DNA of 64,000 nt, taken from Pseudonocardiaceae bacterium. GTDB lineage: Bacteria > Actinomycetota > Actinomycetes > Mycobacteriales > Pseudonocardiaceae. Shown here one piece after another: positions 52,197 to 64,000 of this stretch (positions within the stretch are counted from its first letter, which is position 1; every line of letters begins with the position of its first letter). The position numbers were made by a program, and so were the translations under genes. Under the pieces are notes generated by a model. That model did not search any database. It saw only the letters and a list, made by a program, of their open reading frames with translations, and had not been told where the DNA came from. The DNA lies in assembly GCA_050699955.1 (NCBI GenBank), contig JBOHGD010000001.1, forward strand, positions 126,418 to 190,417, in the 5' to 3' direction.

Positions 52197-52865
52197 ATGC
52201 CCACCCGGCCCGACGTGATCTTGTTCGACATCCTCGAGACCGTGCTGCAGCTCGAGCCACTGCGCACGCGGCTGGCCGACGTGGGCAGGCCCGGTCACGA
52301 GCTTGCGCTGTTCTACACCCGGCTGACCCGGGACGGGATGGCGCTGACCCTGTCCGGTGAGGCACCCCCGTTCGGCGAGGTCGCCACCGCGGCGCTACGC
52401 ACCGTGTCCGGCAACACGCTGTCCAGCGAGGACATCTCGTACGTGCTGGGTGGGTTCGAGGAGCTGCCGCCGCATCCGGATGTCGAGCCCGCATTACGTG
52501 CGCTGACCGAGGCGGGGGTGCCGGCCTGGGGTCTCACACAGGGTTCCGCCCAGGTCACCGCCACCGCACTGGATCGGGCCGGACTGCTCGGCCTGCTGCG
52601 CGGAGTGCTTTCGGCCGAGCAACTGAGATCGTTCAAACCGCCGGCCCGGGTCTACCGCTGGGCCTGTACGCAGGTGGGCTGTGAGCCCGAGCGCGTCGCC
52701 CTGGTCGCCGCGCATGCCTGGGACACTCATGGCGCGATGCGTGCCGGTCTGATGGCCGGTTACGTCACCCGGCTGGAGGGGCAGCTGCCCGCGGTGTTCG
52801 ACCGGCCGACCGTCATCGCCGACAGCCTCGACGAGGTGGTAGCCGAACTGCTCGCGCTGGCCTGA
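52197..52865 (+). CDS. HAD-superfamily hydrolase (haloacid dehalogenase type II-like)
   Basis: The motif I variant is [10 protein letters not shown] (canonical form DxDxT). Also SFKPPARVY and [14 protein letters not shown]. Confidence 0.75.
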   Translation: MPTRPDVILFDILETVLQLEPLRTRLADVGRPGHELALFYTRLTRDGMALTLSGEAPPFGEVATAALRTVSGNTLSSEDISYVLGGFEELPPHPDVEPALRALTEAGVPAWGLTQGSAQVTATALDRAGLLGLLRGVLSAEQLRSFKPPARVYRWACTQVGCEPERVALVAAHAWDTHGAMRAGLMAGYVTRLEGQLPAVFDRPTVIADSLDEVVAELLALA

Positions 52866-52921
52866 CGGACCGATGCGGGGCGCTCGCGTTACGTCGTACC
52901 CGAGACCGGTCGCGGGCGGTC

Positions 52922-54958
52922 ATGCCGCATACCCTTATCGGTGAGATGGCTGATCCTTCCACCTATCGTCCGGCGCCGGGGACGATTCCGGACGCACCCG
53001 GCGTGTACCGGTTCCGTGACGAACGCGGCCGGGTGATCTACGTCGGAAAGGCGAAGGGCCTGCGCAGTCGGCTGAACTCCTATTTCGCCGACCTGGCCGG
53101 GCTGCACCCGCGTACCCGCCAGATGGTCACCACGGCGGCGTCGGTGGAGTGGACGGTGGTGGGCACCGAGGTCGAGGCCTTGCAGCTGGAGTACAACTGG
53201 ATCAAAGAGTTCGACCCCCGGTTCAACGTGCGGTACCGGGACGACAAGTCCTATCCGGTGCTGGCGGTCACGCTGAACGAGGAGTACCCGCGGTTGCACG
53301 TCTACCGGGGTGCCCGCCGCCGCGGGGTCCGGTACTTCGGGCCCTATGCGCATGCCTGGGCGATCCGGGAGACCCTCGACCTGCTCACCAGGGTGTTCCC
53401 GGCCAGGGTGTGTTCCAGCGGTGTGTTCAAGAGACACGGCCAGATCGGCAGGCCCTGCCTGTTGGGCTACATCGACAAGTGCGCGGCACCGTGTGTCGGC
53501 AACGTCACCGCAGACGAGCACCGCACCATCGTCGAGGACTTCTGCGACTTCCTGTCCGGCCGGACAGACAGGATGATCCGGCGCCTGGAGCGGGAGATGG
53601 AGTCGGCCTCCGCTGACCTGGAGTTCGAACGCGCCGCGCGGTTGCGCGACCATCTGGGGGCGCTGCGCCGAGCCTCGGAGAAGCAGGCCGTGGTGCTCGG
53701 CGACGGTACGGACGCCGATGTGATCGCTTTCGCCTCCGACGAGCTTGAGGCGGCTGTGCAGGTGTTCCACGTCCGCGGTGGGCGAGTACGCGGCCAGCGC
53801 GGCTGGGTGATCGAGAAGGTGGAGGAGACCGATCAGGCCGGCCTGGTCGGCCAGTTCCTGACCCAGTTCTACGGTGAACAGGCCGCACTGGCCGGTTCTG
53901 CCGATGACGCCGCTCAACCGGTGCCCAGGGAAGTGCTGGTTCCCGAGCTACCCGCAGACGCCGAGGCGCTGATCGAGTGGCTCTCCGGACTGCGCGGTGC
54001 CCGGGTGGCGCTGCGGGTACCGCAACGGGGGGACAAGCGGGCACTGGCCGCCACTGTGGCGCGCAACGCGGCGGAGGCCTTCACCCAGCACAAGCTGCGC
54101 CGTGCCGGTGACCTGACCGCCCGATCCGCTGCGCTGCAGGAGGTCCAGGAGTACCTCGGGCTGGACTCCGCCCCGTTGCGCATCGAGTGCATCGACGTCA
54201 GCCATGTGCAGGGCAGTGACGTGGTCGCCTCGCTGGTGGTCTTCGAGGACGGGTTGGCGCGTAAGTCGGACTATCGGCGTTTCGCGATCCGGGACGCGGC
54301 CGGGGGCGGGCGTTCCGACGATGTGGCCAGCATCGCCGAGGTGGTCCGTCGGCGTTTCGCCCGCTACCTGCGGGAGACCAGTCAGCCGGATCCGGACGGA
54401 CCCGCCGAGCAGCAGCCGACCGGCCGCGCAGGCCTCGACCCTGACACGGGGCGTCCTCGCAGGTTCGCTTACCCGCCGAACCTGCTGCTCGTCGACGGCG
54501 GTCCGGCGCAGGTCGCCGCGGCGGCCGAGGTGCTCTTCGAGATCGGCGTGACCGACGTGGCGATCGCCGGGCTGGCCAAGCGGCTGGAAGAGGTGTGGTT
54601 GCCCGGTGAGCCGGATCCGGTGATCCTGCCTCGCCTCGGCGAGGCGCTCTACCTGCTGCAACGGGTGCGTGACGAGGCACACCGGTTCGCGATCAGCTAC
54701 CACCGGCAGAAGCGCTCGGCGCGGATGACCAGTTCCGCCCTGGACAGCGTCGCCGGTCTGGGACAGACCCGGCGCACTGCGCTGCTCAAGCACTTCGGAT
54801 CGGTGCGCCGGCTCCGGCAGGCCAGCGTGGCGGAGATCACCGAAGTACCCGGGGTCGGGCCACGGACCGCGCGGGCGGTACTCGCCGCACTGAATAGTGG
54901 GCCGCAGGTGAACAATGGGTCTGATAGGGCTAACGGTGACAAGGGGGAGGCGCCGTGA
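52922..54958 (+). CDS. uvrC: Excinuclease ABC subunit C
   Basis: The GIY-YIG domain reads [25 protein letters not shown]...YNWIKEF. A UVR domain and a C-terminal (HhH)2 follow. The start could be ATG 52946. Confidence 0.96.
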   Translation: MPHTLIGEMADPSTYRPAPGTIPDAPGVYRFRDERGRVIYVGKAKGLRSRLNSYFADLAGLHPRTRQMVTTAASVEWTVVGTEVEALQLEYNWIKEFDPRFNVRYRDDKSYPVLAVTLNEEYPRLHVYRGARRRGVRYFGPYAHAWAIRETLDLLTRVFPARVCSSGVFKRHGQIGRPCLLGYIDKCAAPCVGNVTADEHRTIVEDFCDFLSGRTDRMIRRLEREMESASADLEFERAARLRDHLGALRRASEKQAVVLGDGTDADVIAFASDELEAAVQVFHVRGGRVRGQRGWVIEKVEETDQAGLVGQFLTQFYGEQAALAGSADDAAQPVPREVLVPELPADAEALIEWLSGLRGARVALRVPQRGDKRALAATVARNAAEAFTQHKLRRAGDLTARSAALQEVQEYLGLDSAPLRIECIDVSHVQGSDVVASLVVFEDGLARKSDYRRFAIRDAAGGGRSDDVASIAEVVRRRFARYLRETSQPDPDGPAEQQPTGRAGLDPDTGRPRRFAYPPNLLLVDGGPAQVAAAAEVLFEIGVTDVAIAGLAKRLEEVWLPGEPDPVILPRLGEALYLLQRVRDEAHRFAISYHRQKRSARMTSSALDSVAGLGQTRRTALLKHFGSVRRLRQASVAEITEVPGVGPRTARAVLAALNSGPQVNNGSDRANGDKGEAP

Positions 54959-55866
54959 CCGATTACCGAGCTGCGCCGCAGAGACGCGGGCCCGGAACTC
55001 TTGGCGGCATCGAGGTCGCTGTCGTATCCGGACTGTCCGGGGCCGGCCGCAGTACGGCGGCCAAAGTGCTGGAGGACCTGGGCTGGTTCGTCGTGGACAA
55101 CCTGCCGCCCGAGCTGATGGCCACCATGGTCGACCTGGGTGCCCGTTCGCAGGGCGTGGTGACCCGGGTCGCGGTGGTGATGGACGTGCGCAGCCGGGCG
55201 TTCACCGATGACCTCGCCGCGGTGATCAAAGATCTGGATGCCCGCGGCTATCGACCCAAGGTGCTGTTCCTCGAAGCCACCGACGCGGTGCTGATCCGCC
55301 GTTTCGAGCAGGTCCGGCGTAGCCACCCGCTCCAGGGCGATGGCCGGCTCGCCGACGGGATCGCCGCGGAGCGCGCGTTGCTCGCGCCACTGCGTGAAGC
55401 AGCCGATCTCGTGCTGGACACCACCGGGTTGTCCGTTCACCAGCTCAGGGCAAAAATCGAGCATGCGTTCGGCGGGGAGGCCAGTACCCGCACCCGGATC
55501 ACCGTTTTGTCGTTCGGCTACAAGTATGGGCTGCCCATGGATGCCGACCTGGTGATCGATATGCGGTTCCTGCCCAACCCGTTCTGGATCCCGGAACTGC
55601 GCGACCTCACCGGGCTGGATTCCAACGTCCGCAACTACGTGTTGTCCCAGGAGGGCGCCGAGGAGTTCCTGGAGCGCTATCTTGAGCTGCTGCGGTTGAT
55701 CGGCGGGGGATACCGGCGGGAAGGCAAGCGCTACCTGACCCTCGCGGTGGGGTGCACTGGAGGTAAGCATCGTAGCGTCGCCATCTCCGAGGCGCTGGCC
55801 GCCCGGTTGGCCGAGGAGGATGGCATCACCGTCAAGGTGGTGCACCGAGACGTGGGTCGCGAGTGA
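54955..55866 (+). CDS. rapZ: RNase adapter protein RapZ (P-loop ATPase)
   Basis: [29 protein letters not shown]...[10 protein letters not shown]. Confidence 0.93.
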   Translation: MTDYRAAPQRRGPGTLGGIEVAVVSGLSGAGRSTAAKVLEDLGWFVVDNLPPELMATMVDLGARSQGVVTRVAVVMDVRSRAFTDDLAAVIKDLDARGYRPKVLFLEATDAVLIRRFEQVRRSHPLQGDGRLADGIAAERALLAPLREAADLVLDTTGLSVHQLRAKIEHAFGGEASTRTRITVLSFGYKYGLPMDADLVIDMRFLPNPFWIPELRDLTGLDSNVRNYVLSQEGAEEFLERYLELLRLIGGGYRREGKRYLTLAVGCTGGKHRSVAISEALAARLAEEDGITVKVVHRDVGRE

Positions 55867-56869
55867 CTTCCGAGGGCTCATCCGGTCTCAAGGCCGTCGC
55901 GCTGGGTGGCGGCCATGGCCTGTATGCGACGCTCACCGCGTTGCGTAACCTCACCGAGGACGTCACCGCAGTGGTCACAGTGGCCGATGACGGCGGATCC
56001 TCCGGGCGCCTGCGCCGGGAGCTGGGCGTGCTTCCGCCGGGTGACTTGCGGATGGCTCTGACCGCGTTGGCTGCGGCCGACGGCGGCGGGGCGGGTTGGC
56101 GAGAACTCTTTCAGCACCGGTTCGGTGGTATCGGGGCGCTGGCCGGGCACGCCGTGGGCAACCTGGTGCTCGCCGGACTAATGGAGGTGCTCGTCGATCC
56201 GGTGGCGGTCCTGGATCAGGCATGTCAGTTGCTCGGGGTGCGCGGCCGGGTGCTGCCGATGGCTGATGAGCCGCTGGACATCGAGGCCGACGTCGCAGGG
56301 CTGGACGGTGACCCGGAGCTGCTTCGACGGATCCGTGGCCAGGTGGCGGTGGCCACCACACCGGGCCGGGTGCACCGGGTGCGGCTGCGCCCGGAGCGGC
56401 CCCGAGCCTGCGTCGAAGCGGTGCGCGCGGTGCGCGAGGCCGATCTCGTCGTGCTCGGACCGGGCTCATGGTTCACCAGCGTGCTGCCCCACCTGCTGGT
56501 GCCCGATCTGGCTGCCGCGCTCGTCGGCACGACGGCACGCCGGGTACTGGTGCTCAATCTGGTACCGCAGCCTGGCGAGACCGCGGGGTTTTCGCCCGAG
56601 CAGCACCTGCAGGTGCTCTCCAGGCACGCACCGTCCGGTTTCACCGTGCACGCGGTCCTCGCGGATGTCGACGCGGTGCCGGTACCTGCTCGGTTGTACC
56701 GATGTGCCGCTGAGCTGGGGGGCCACGTCTACTTCGACCGGGTTGCCGATGACGGATTCTCCGATCGGCACGATCCGGTGGCACTGGCCTCAGCGCTGCA
56801 TCGGATACTGACGGACGCGCCCGGCGACCCCGACCCCGGACGTTATCCCCAGCGGGAGGAGGAGCACGG

Positions 56870-56879
<10 letters not shown>
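55863..56879 (+). CDS. yvcK: YvcK/CofD-like gluconeogenesis factor (CuvA-like)
   Basis: VALGGGHGL...[24 protein letters not shown]. Confidence 0.92.
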
Positions 56880-60220
<3,341 letters not shown>

Positions 60221-60222
60221 GG

Positions 60223-61008
60223 GTGGCCAGACAACCGCTGATCGCAGGCAACTGGAAGATGAACCTCAACCACCTCGAGGCCATCGCCCTGGTGCAGAAG
60301 ATCGCCTTCGCCCTGCCGGAGAAGTACTTCGCGAAGGTCGAGGTGGCGGTGCTCCCGCCGTTCACCGCGCTGCGCAGCGTGCAGTCCCTGGTCACGGGGG
60401 ACAGACTGCTGGTTCGCTACGGTGCCCAGGACCTGCACCCGAAGGACTCCGGCGCGTACACCGGCGATGTGCCGGGGCCGATGCTGGCGAAGCTGGACTG
60501 CACCTACGTGGTGGTCGGGCACTCGGAGCGGCGGCAGTACCACGGCGAGGACGATGCGCTGGTGGGCAGCAAGGTGCGGGCTGCACTGCGCAACGGCCTG
60601 GTGCCGATCCTGTGTGTGGGCGAGGGGCTGGAGATCCGCGAGGCCGGTGGGCACCTGGAGCACAGCACCGGGCAACTGGTCGCCGCGCTCAAGGGCGTGC
60701 CCGCCGAGCAGGTCCGGACCATTGTGGTGGCCTATGAGCCGATCTGGGCGATCGGTACCGGGCGGGTCGCAACGCCCGCCGATGCGCAGGAAGTCTGCGG
60801 CGCGTTGCGGGCTGCCCTGACGGATAAGTACGACACCGGCGTCGCCGACGACGTGCGAGTGATCTACGGCGGCTCGGTGAAATCGAGCAACGTGGCCGCC
60901 TTGGTGGCCGAGCCGGATATCGACGGCGCCTTGGTCGGTGGTGCCAGCCTGGACGCCGACGAGTTCGCGAAGCTGTGCGCGCTGGCCGCGGGGGGCCCGC
61001 TGGTGTGA
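60223..61008 (+). CDS. tpiA: Triosephosphate isomerase
   Basis: LIAGNWKMN...VVGHSERR...[12 protein letters not shown]. Confidence 0.97.
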   Translation: MARQPLIAGNWKMNLNHLEAIALVQKIAFALPEKYFAKVEVAVLPPFTALRSVQSLVTGDRLLVRYGAQDLHPKDSGAYTGDVPGPMLAKLDCTYVVVGHSERRQYHGEDDALVGSKVRAALRNGLVPILCVGEGLEIREAGGHLEHSTGQLVAALKGVPAEQVRTIVVAYEPIWAIGTGRVATPADAQEVCGALRAALTDKYDTGVADDVRVIYGGSVKSSNVAALVAEPDIDGALVGGASLDADEFAKLCALAAGGPLV

Positions 61009-61095
61009 CGAGGTGCTGGTGGCTGGAGCCGGGCCTTCGTGCTTGACATAGGACGGAGTAACCTCAACACCCAACTGCCGTCCCACGAGGGTGTG

Positions 61096-61329
61096 ATGAG
61101 ACTTTTTCTGCAGATCGTGCTTCTGGTTACCAGCGCTGTGCTGATCCTGCTGATCCTGCTGCACCGGAGCAAGGGTGGAGGATTGTCCAGTCTGTTCGGT
61201 GGCGGCGTGCAATCGAGCCTGTCCGGCTCCAGCGTCGTGGAGAAGAACCTGGATCGGTTGACGTTGTTCGTCGGTGCGGTCTGGGTGATCTCCGTCGTGG
61301 GAACCGGGCTTCTAATCAAGATCGGCTGA
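61096..61329 (+). CDS. secG: Preprotein translocase subunit SecG
   Basis: LLILLHRSKGGGLSSLFGGG, with two TM segments. Sits in the conserved position after tpiA. Confidence 0.9.
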   Translation: MRLFLQIVLLVTSAVLILLILLHRSKGGGLSSLFGGGVQSSLSGSSVVEKNLDRLTLFVGAVWVISVVGTGLLIKIG

Positions 61330-61375
61330 ACAGGTTCCGGGCGCTGCCCGGGCGGTTCCGCGAAGTGAGGCATCG

Positions 61376-61717
61376 ATGGCAAGTGGTAATGCGATCCGCG
61401 GTACGCGGGTCGGAGCAGGTCCGATGGGCGAGTCGGAGCGCGGTGAGTCCGCTCCGCGTCGTCGGGTGTCCTACTGGTGCGCGAACGGACACGAGTCGCA
61501 GCCCTCATTCGCGGTGGAGGCTGAGGAGCCCGATGTATGGGACTGCCCGCGATGTGGCTTCCCGGCCGGACGCAACGAGCAACGGCCACCTGCGGCCCCG
61601 CGCAATGAGCCGTACAAGACCCACCTGGCCTACGTGAAGGAGCGCCGTTCCGACGCCGACGGCGAGGCGATCCTGGCCGAGGCGCTCGCCAAACTGAAGG
61701 CGGCCCGCGAGGGCTGA
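61376..61717 (+). CDS. rbpA: RNA polymerase-binding protein RbpA
   Basis: IRGTRVGAGPMGESERGESAPRRRVSYWCANGHE...WDCPRCGFPAG...KTHLAYVKERRSDADGEAILAEAL. Confidence 0.93.
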   Translation: MASGNAIRGTRVGAGPMGESERGESAPRRRVSYWCANGHESQPSFAVEAEEPDVWDCPRCGFPAGRNEQRPPAAPRNEPYKTHLAYVKERRSDADGEAILAEALAKLKAAREG

Positions 61718-61844
61718 CGTCGGTCGCCCTTCAAGTACCCGTCACCGCGGTGTCGCCTGCCTTCAACGACGGCCAACCTGGTCGGCGGACGGTGGGCCGT
61801 GCACCGTGAGCAGGCTCTCGGCCCGGCGACGATGAAGGAGTGCC

Positions 61845-63104
61845 GTGACGATGACTCGGTGGACGCTTCCGACCGACAAGATCCCGTCGGCCTGGTTCAA
61901 TGTCGCCCCGCATCTGTCGACCCCGCTGCAGCCGCCACTGCATCCGGCGACCCGGGAACCTGTGCGGCCAGAGGACCTGGCGCCGCTGTTTCCGGCGGCA
62001 CTCATCGAGCAGGAGATGGCGACGGCACCGTGGATTGACGTGCCGGGTGAGGTACTTGACATCCTGCGGCTGTGGCGCCCCACACCACTGGTGCGCGCGA
62101 TCCGTCTGGAGCAGGCGCTGGGCACGCCGGCCCGGATCTACTTCAAGGACGAATCGGGGTCGCCGGCAGGTAGCCACAAACCGAACACCGCCGTGCCGCA
62201 GGCTTTCTACAACGCCCAGGCAGGCGTTCGCAGGCTGACCACCGAGACCGGTGCCGGCCAGTGGGGGACCGCGTTGTCGTTCGCGTGCGCCCAGTTCGAT
62301 ATCGAGTGCATGGTGTACATGGTCCGGGCCAGCTTCGAACAGAAGCCCTACCGGCGCGTGATCATGGAGACCTGGGGTGGCTCGGTGGTGCCCTCGCCGG
62401 TCGACGAGCCTGATCACCCGGGCTCCTTGGGTGCTGCGATCTCGGACGCGGTTCGGGACTGCGTTTCCCGCGAGGACACCCACTACTCGCTGGGTTCGGT
62501 GCTCAACCATGTGCTGCTGCACCAAACGGTGATCGGGCTTGAGGTCCGGGAGCAGCTCGAACTGGCCGGAGAGCGGCTACCCGATGTGGTGATCGCGCCG
62601 TGCGGTGGCGGGTCCAATCTGGGCGGGCTCGCGTTCCCGTTCGTGCCGGACATCGGAGTACGGCTGCTTGCCGTCGAGCCGCTGTCCTGCCCCACGCTGA
62701 CCCAGGGCCGGTTCGACTACGACTTCGGCGATACCGCCGGGTTCACTCCGCTGCTACCGATGTACACCCTGGGCCACGACTTCGTACCGCCGAGCATCCA
62801 TGCCGGTGGGCTGCGCTATCACGGGGACAGCCCGCTGATCTCGGCTCTGGTTCGAGACGGCCGGATGGAGGCGGTGGCCTACTCACAGGGCAAGGTCTTC
62901 GATGCGGCTGTGCAGTTCGCTCGTGCCGAGGGAAGGGTGGCTGCTCCGGAGGCCGCGCACGCGATTCGGGCGGCCATCGACGAAGCGCTCGCGGCCAAAG
63001 AAGTCGGCGAGGACAAGGTCATCCTCTTCAACTACTGCGGCCACGGGTTACTCGACCTGTCCGCCTACGACGCCTACCTGCATGGGCAGATGTCCGACGA
63101 GTAG
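61845..63104 (+). CDS. TrpB-like PLP-dependent enzyme (TrpB2 family)
   Basis: IPSAWFNV...[12 protein letters not shown]...[20 protein letters not shown]. Confidence 0.88.
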   Translation: MTMTRWTLPTDKIPSAWFNVAPHLSTPLQPPLHPATREPVRPEDLAPLFPAALIEQEMATAPWIDVPGEVLDILRLWRPTPLVRAIRLEQALGTPARIYFKDESGSPAGSHKPNTAVPQAFYNAQAGVRRLTTETGAGQWGTALSFACAQFDIECMVYMVRASFEQKPYRRVIMETWGGSVVPSPVDEPDHPGSLGAAISDAVRDCVSREDTHYSLGSVLNHVLLHQTVIGLEVREQLELAGERLPDVVIAPCGGGSNLGGLAFPFVPDIGVRLLAVEPLSCPTLTQGRFDYDFGDTAGFTPLLPMYTLGHDFVPPSIHAGGLRYHGDSPLISALVRDGRMEAVAYSQGKVFDAAVQFARAEGRVAAPEAAHAIRAAIDEALAAKEVGEDKVILFNYCGHGLLDLSAYDAYLHGQMSDE

Positions 63105-63148
63105 TGCCGCGCCACGGGCACGGGGGCGGACATGCGGGTCGAGGAGGA

Positions 63149-63928
63149 TCAGAGGCGAGGTGGCGCGAAGTCACGAGGGAGCTTGGCGGCGGCTGCGCGA
63201 TCCAGCATCCACAGGGTGCGGCGACGTCCGGCGACTCCAGCTGCGGGTACCTGCACCTCACCCGCGCCGCCGAGCGCCATCGCAACCGCCGCGGCCTTCT
63301 CCGATCCGCTGACGGTCAACCACACCTCGGCGAAGCACCGGACGGCCGGGAGGGTCATCGTGATCCGGGTGGGTGGCGGTTTGGGGGCGCCACGCACCGC
63401 AACGACCGCGCGTTCGGTCTCGTAGACGGCTGGAGAGGAAGGGAACACCGACAGGACGTGTCCCTCCCCACCGACGCCGAGCAGGCAGATGTCAAAGGAT
63501 GGCGCAGGTCCGTGGTCCTCGGGGCGCCGCCGGTGCAGGAGCAGCTCTTCGTAGGCCTGGGCGGCGGCATCCGGATCGTCGCCCCAGGACCCGTTCGACG
63601 CTCCCATCGGGTGGACCCGGTCGGGATCGACATTGACGTGGTCGAGGAGCGCCTCGCGGGCCTGTGTCTCGTTGCGCTCAGGATGACCGGTGGGCAGGAA
63701 ACGTTCATCACTCCAGTAGAGGTCCAACCGCTGCCAGTCAACCGCCCCGGAAGCCGGGGTCGCGGCCATCTGACGCAGCACTGCGATCCCGCTACGACCT
63801 CCGGTCAGCAGAAGCGACGCAGATCCCGAGGCCGTCTGGATGTCGACCAGCCGAGTCACCAGCCGTGCGGCGGTCGCCGCGGCCAGCACGTCCGCGTTGG
63901 CGTGTACGACGATGTCGGGGCGGCTCAC
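63149..63928 (-). CDS. pgl: 6-phosphogluconolactonase
   Basis: LLLTGGRSG...VDWQRLDLYWSDERF...DICLLGVGGEGHVLSVFP. The GTG start overlaps the stop of an upstream ORF that runs off the window. Confidence 0.92.
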   Translation of the reverse strand: MSRPDIVVHANADVLAAATAARLVTRLVDIQTASGSASLLLTGGRSGIAVLRQMAATPASGAVDWQRLDLYWSDERFLPTGHPERNETQAREALLDHVNVDPDRVHPMGASNGSWGDDPDAAAQAYEELLLHRRRPEDHGPAPSFDICLLGVGGEGHVLSVFPSSPAVYETERAVVAVRGAPKPPPTRITMTLPAVRCFAEVWLTVSGSEKAAAVAMALGGAGEVQVPAAGVAGRRRTLWMLDRAAAAKLPRDFAPPRL

Positions 63929-64000
63929 GAGCTGTGCTGCGGTTCGGCCGATCGGGGTCCGCGCGTCGAGCCCGCGCGACGCTGGGCTACGCCCACCCGG

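Noticed and set aside
63929-64000. Partial ORF upstream of pgl whose TGA overlaps the pgl GTG. By synteny it would be the opcA 3' end.
   Set aside because: Only ~24 codons are visible (RVGVAQRRAGSTRGPRSAEPQHSS*), with no recognisable OpcA motif. The synteny argument alone was judged insufficient for a feature call.

Overview
About 70% G+C chromosomal segment from a developmental actinomycete, as shown by BldD, WhiA, a WhiB-like protein, RbpA and mIHF. I cannot assign a genus. Most of the window is a conserved housekeeping backbone on the + strand. Its gene order is aroK-aroB-aroQ-pepQ-efp-nusB / bldD(-) / pyrR-pyrB-pyrC-carA-carB-pyrF-mihF-gmk-rpoZ-coaBC-metK ... priA-def-fmt-rsmB ... rpe-ribD-ribE-ribBA-ribH ... 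uvrC-rapZ-yvcK-whiA-gap-pgk-tpiA-secG-rbpA-trpB2 / pgl(-).

Three accessory or variable segments interrupt this backbone.

(1) 1-7657. This holds an integrated conjugative-element-like module: a WhiB-like gene, a small membrane protein, a TraB/FtsK-like translocase, a dense heptamer repeat array and a large serine recombinase. The module abuts a gene-decay zone with an HNH/DUF222 remnant, an XRE remnant and a UPF0261 fragment.

(2) 25.4-39.7 kb, between metK and priA. It holds:
- a Cys-rich pentapeptide-repeat protein
- two orphan ORFs
- an XRE/TPR-like regulator
- a tightly coupled three-gene RiPP cassette (precursor, ATP-grasp ligase, PIMT-like O-methyltransferase)
- a lower-GC patch of pseudogenes (an SF2 helicase lacking its N-terminus, a frameshifted DUF3024 gene)
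- a hydantoinase/DUF917 pair
- an MGT-type glycosyltransferase
- a VOC-fold protein

(3) 49.6-52.9 kb, between ribH and uvrC. It holds a PH-domain membrane protein, an orphan ORF, a decayed AbrB-type antitoxin, a DHOD-like flavoenzyme and a HAD hydrolase.

The best candidate for an interesting system is the RiPP cassette at 29528-31994. It is predicted to make an omega-ester (graspetide) peptide with a methyltransferase-installed aspartimide. The architecture belongs to a recently characterised class, but I do not recognise this precursor.

Other points worth a second look are the clt-like heptamer array after the translocase gene, the serine-integrase junction inside an HNH gene, and the stop-less carB-pyrF junction built on a 20-bp inverted repeat.

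I recognised no rRNA, tRNA, CRISPR array or transposase. Start codons were chosen by eye from frame, Shine-Dalgarno-like sequences and family N-termini. Many are GTG or TTG, and none is experimentally supported.
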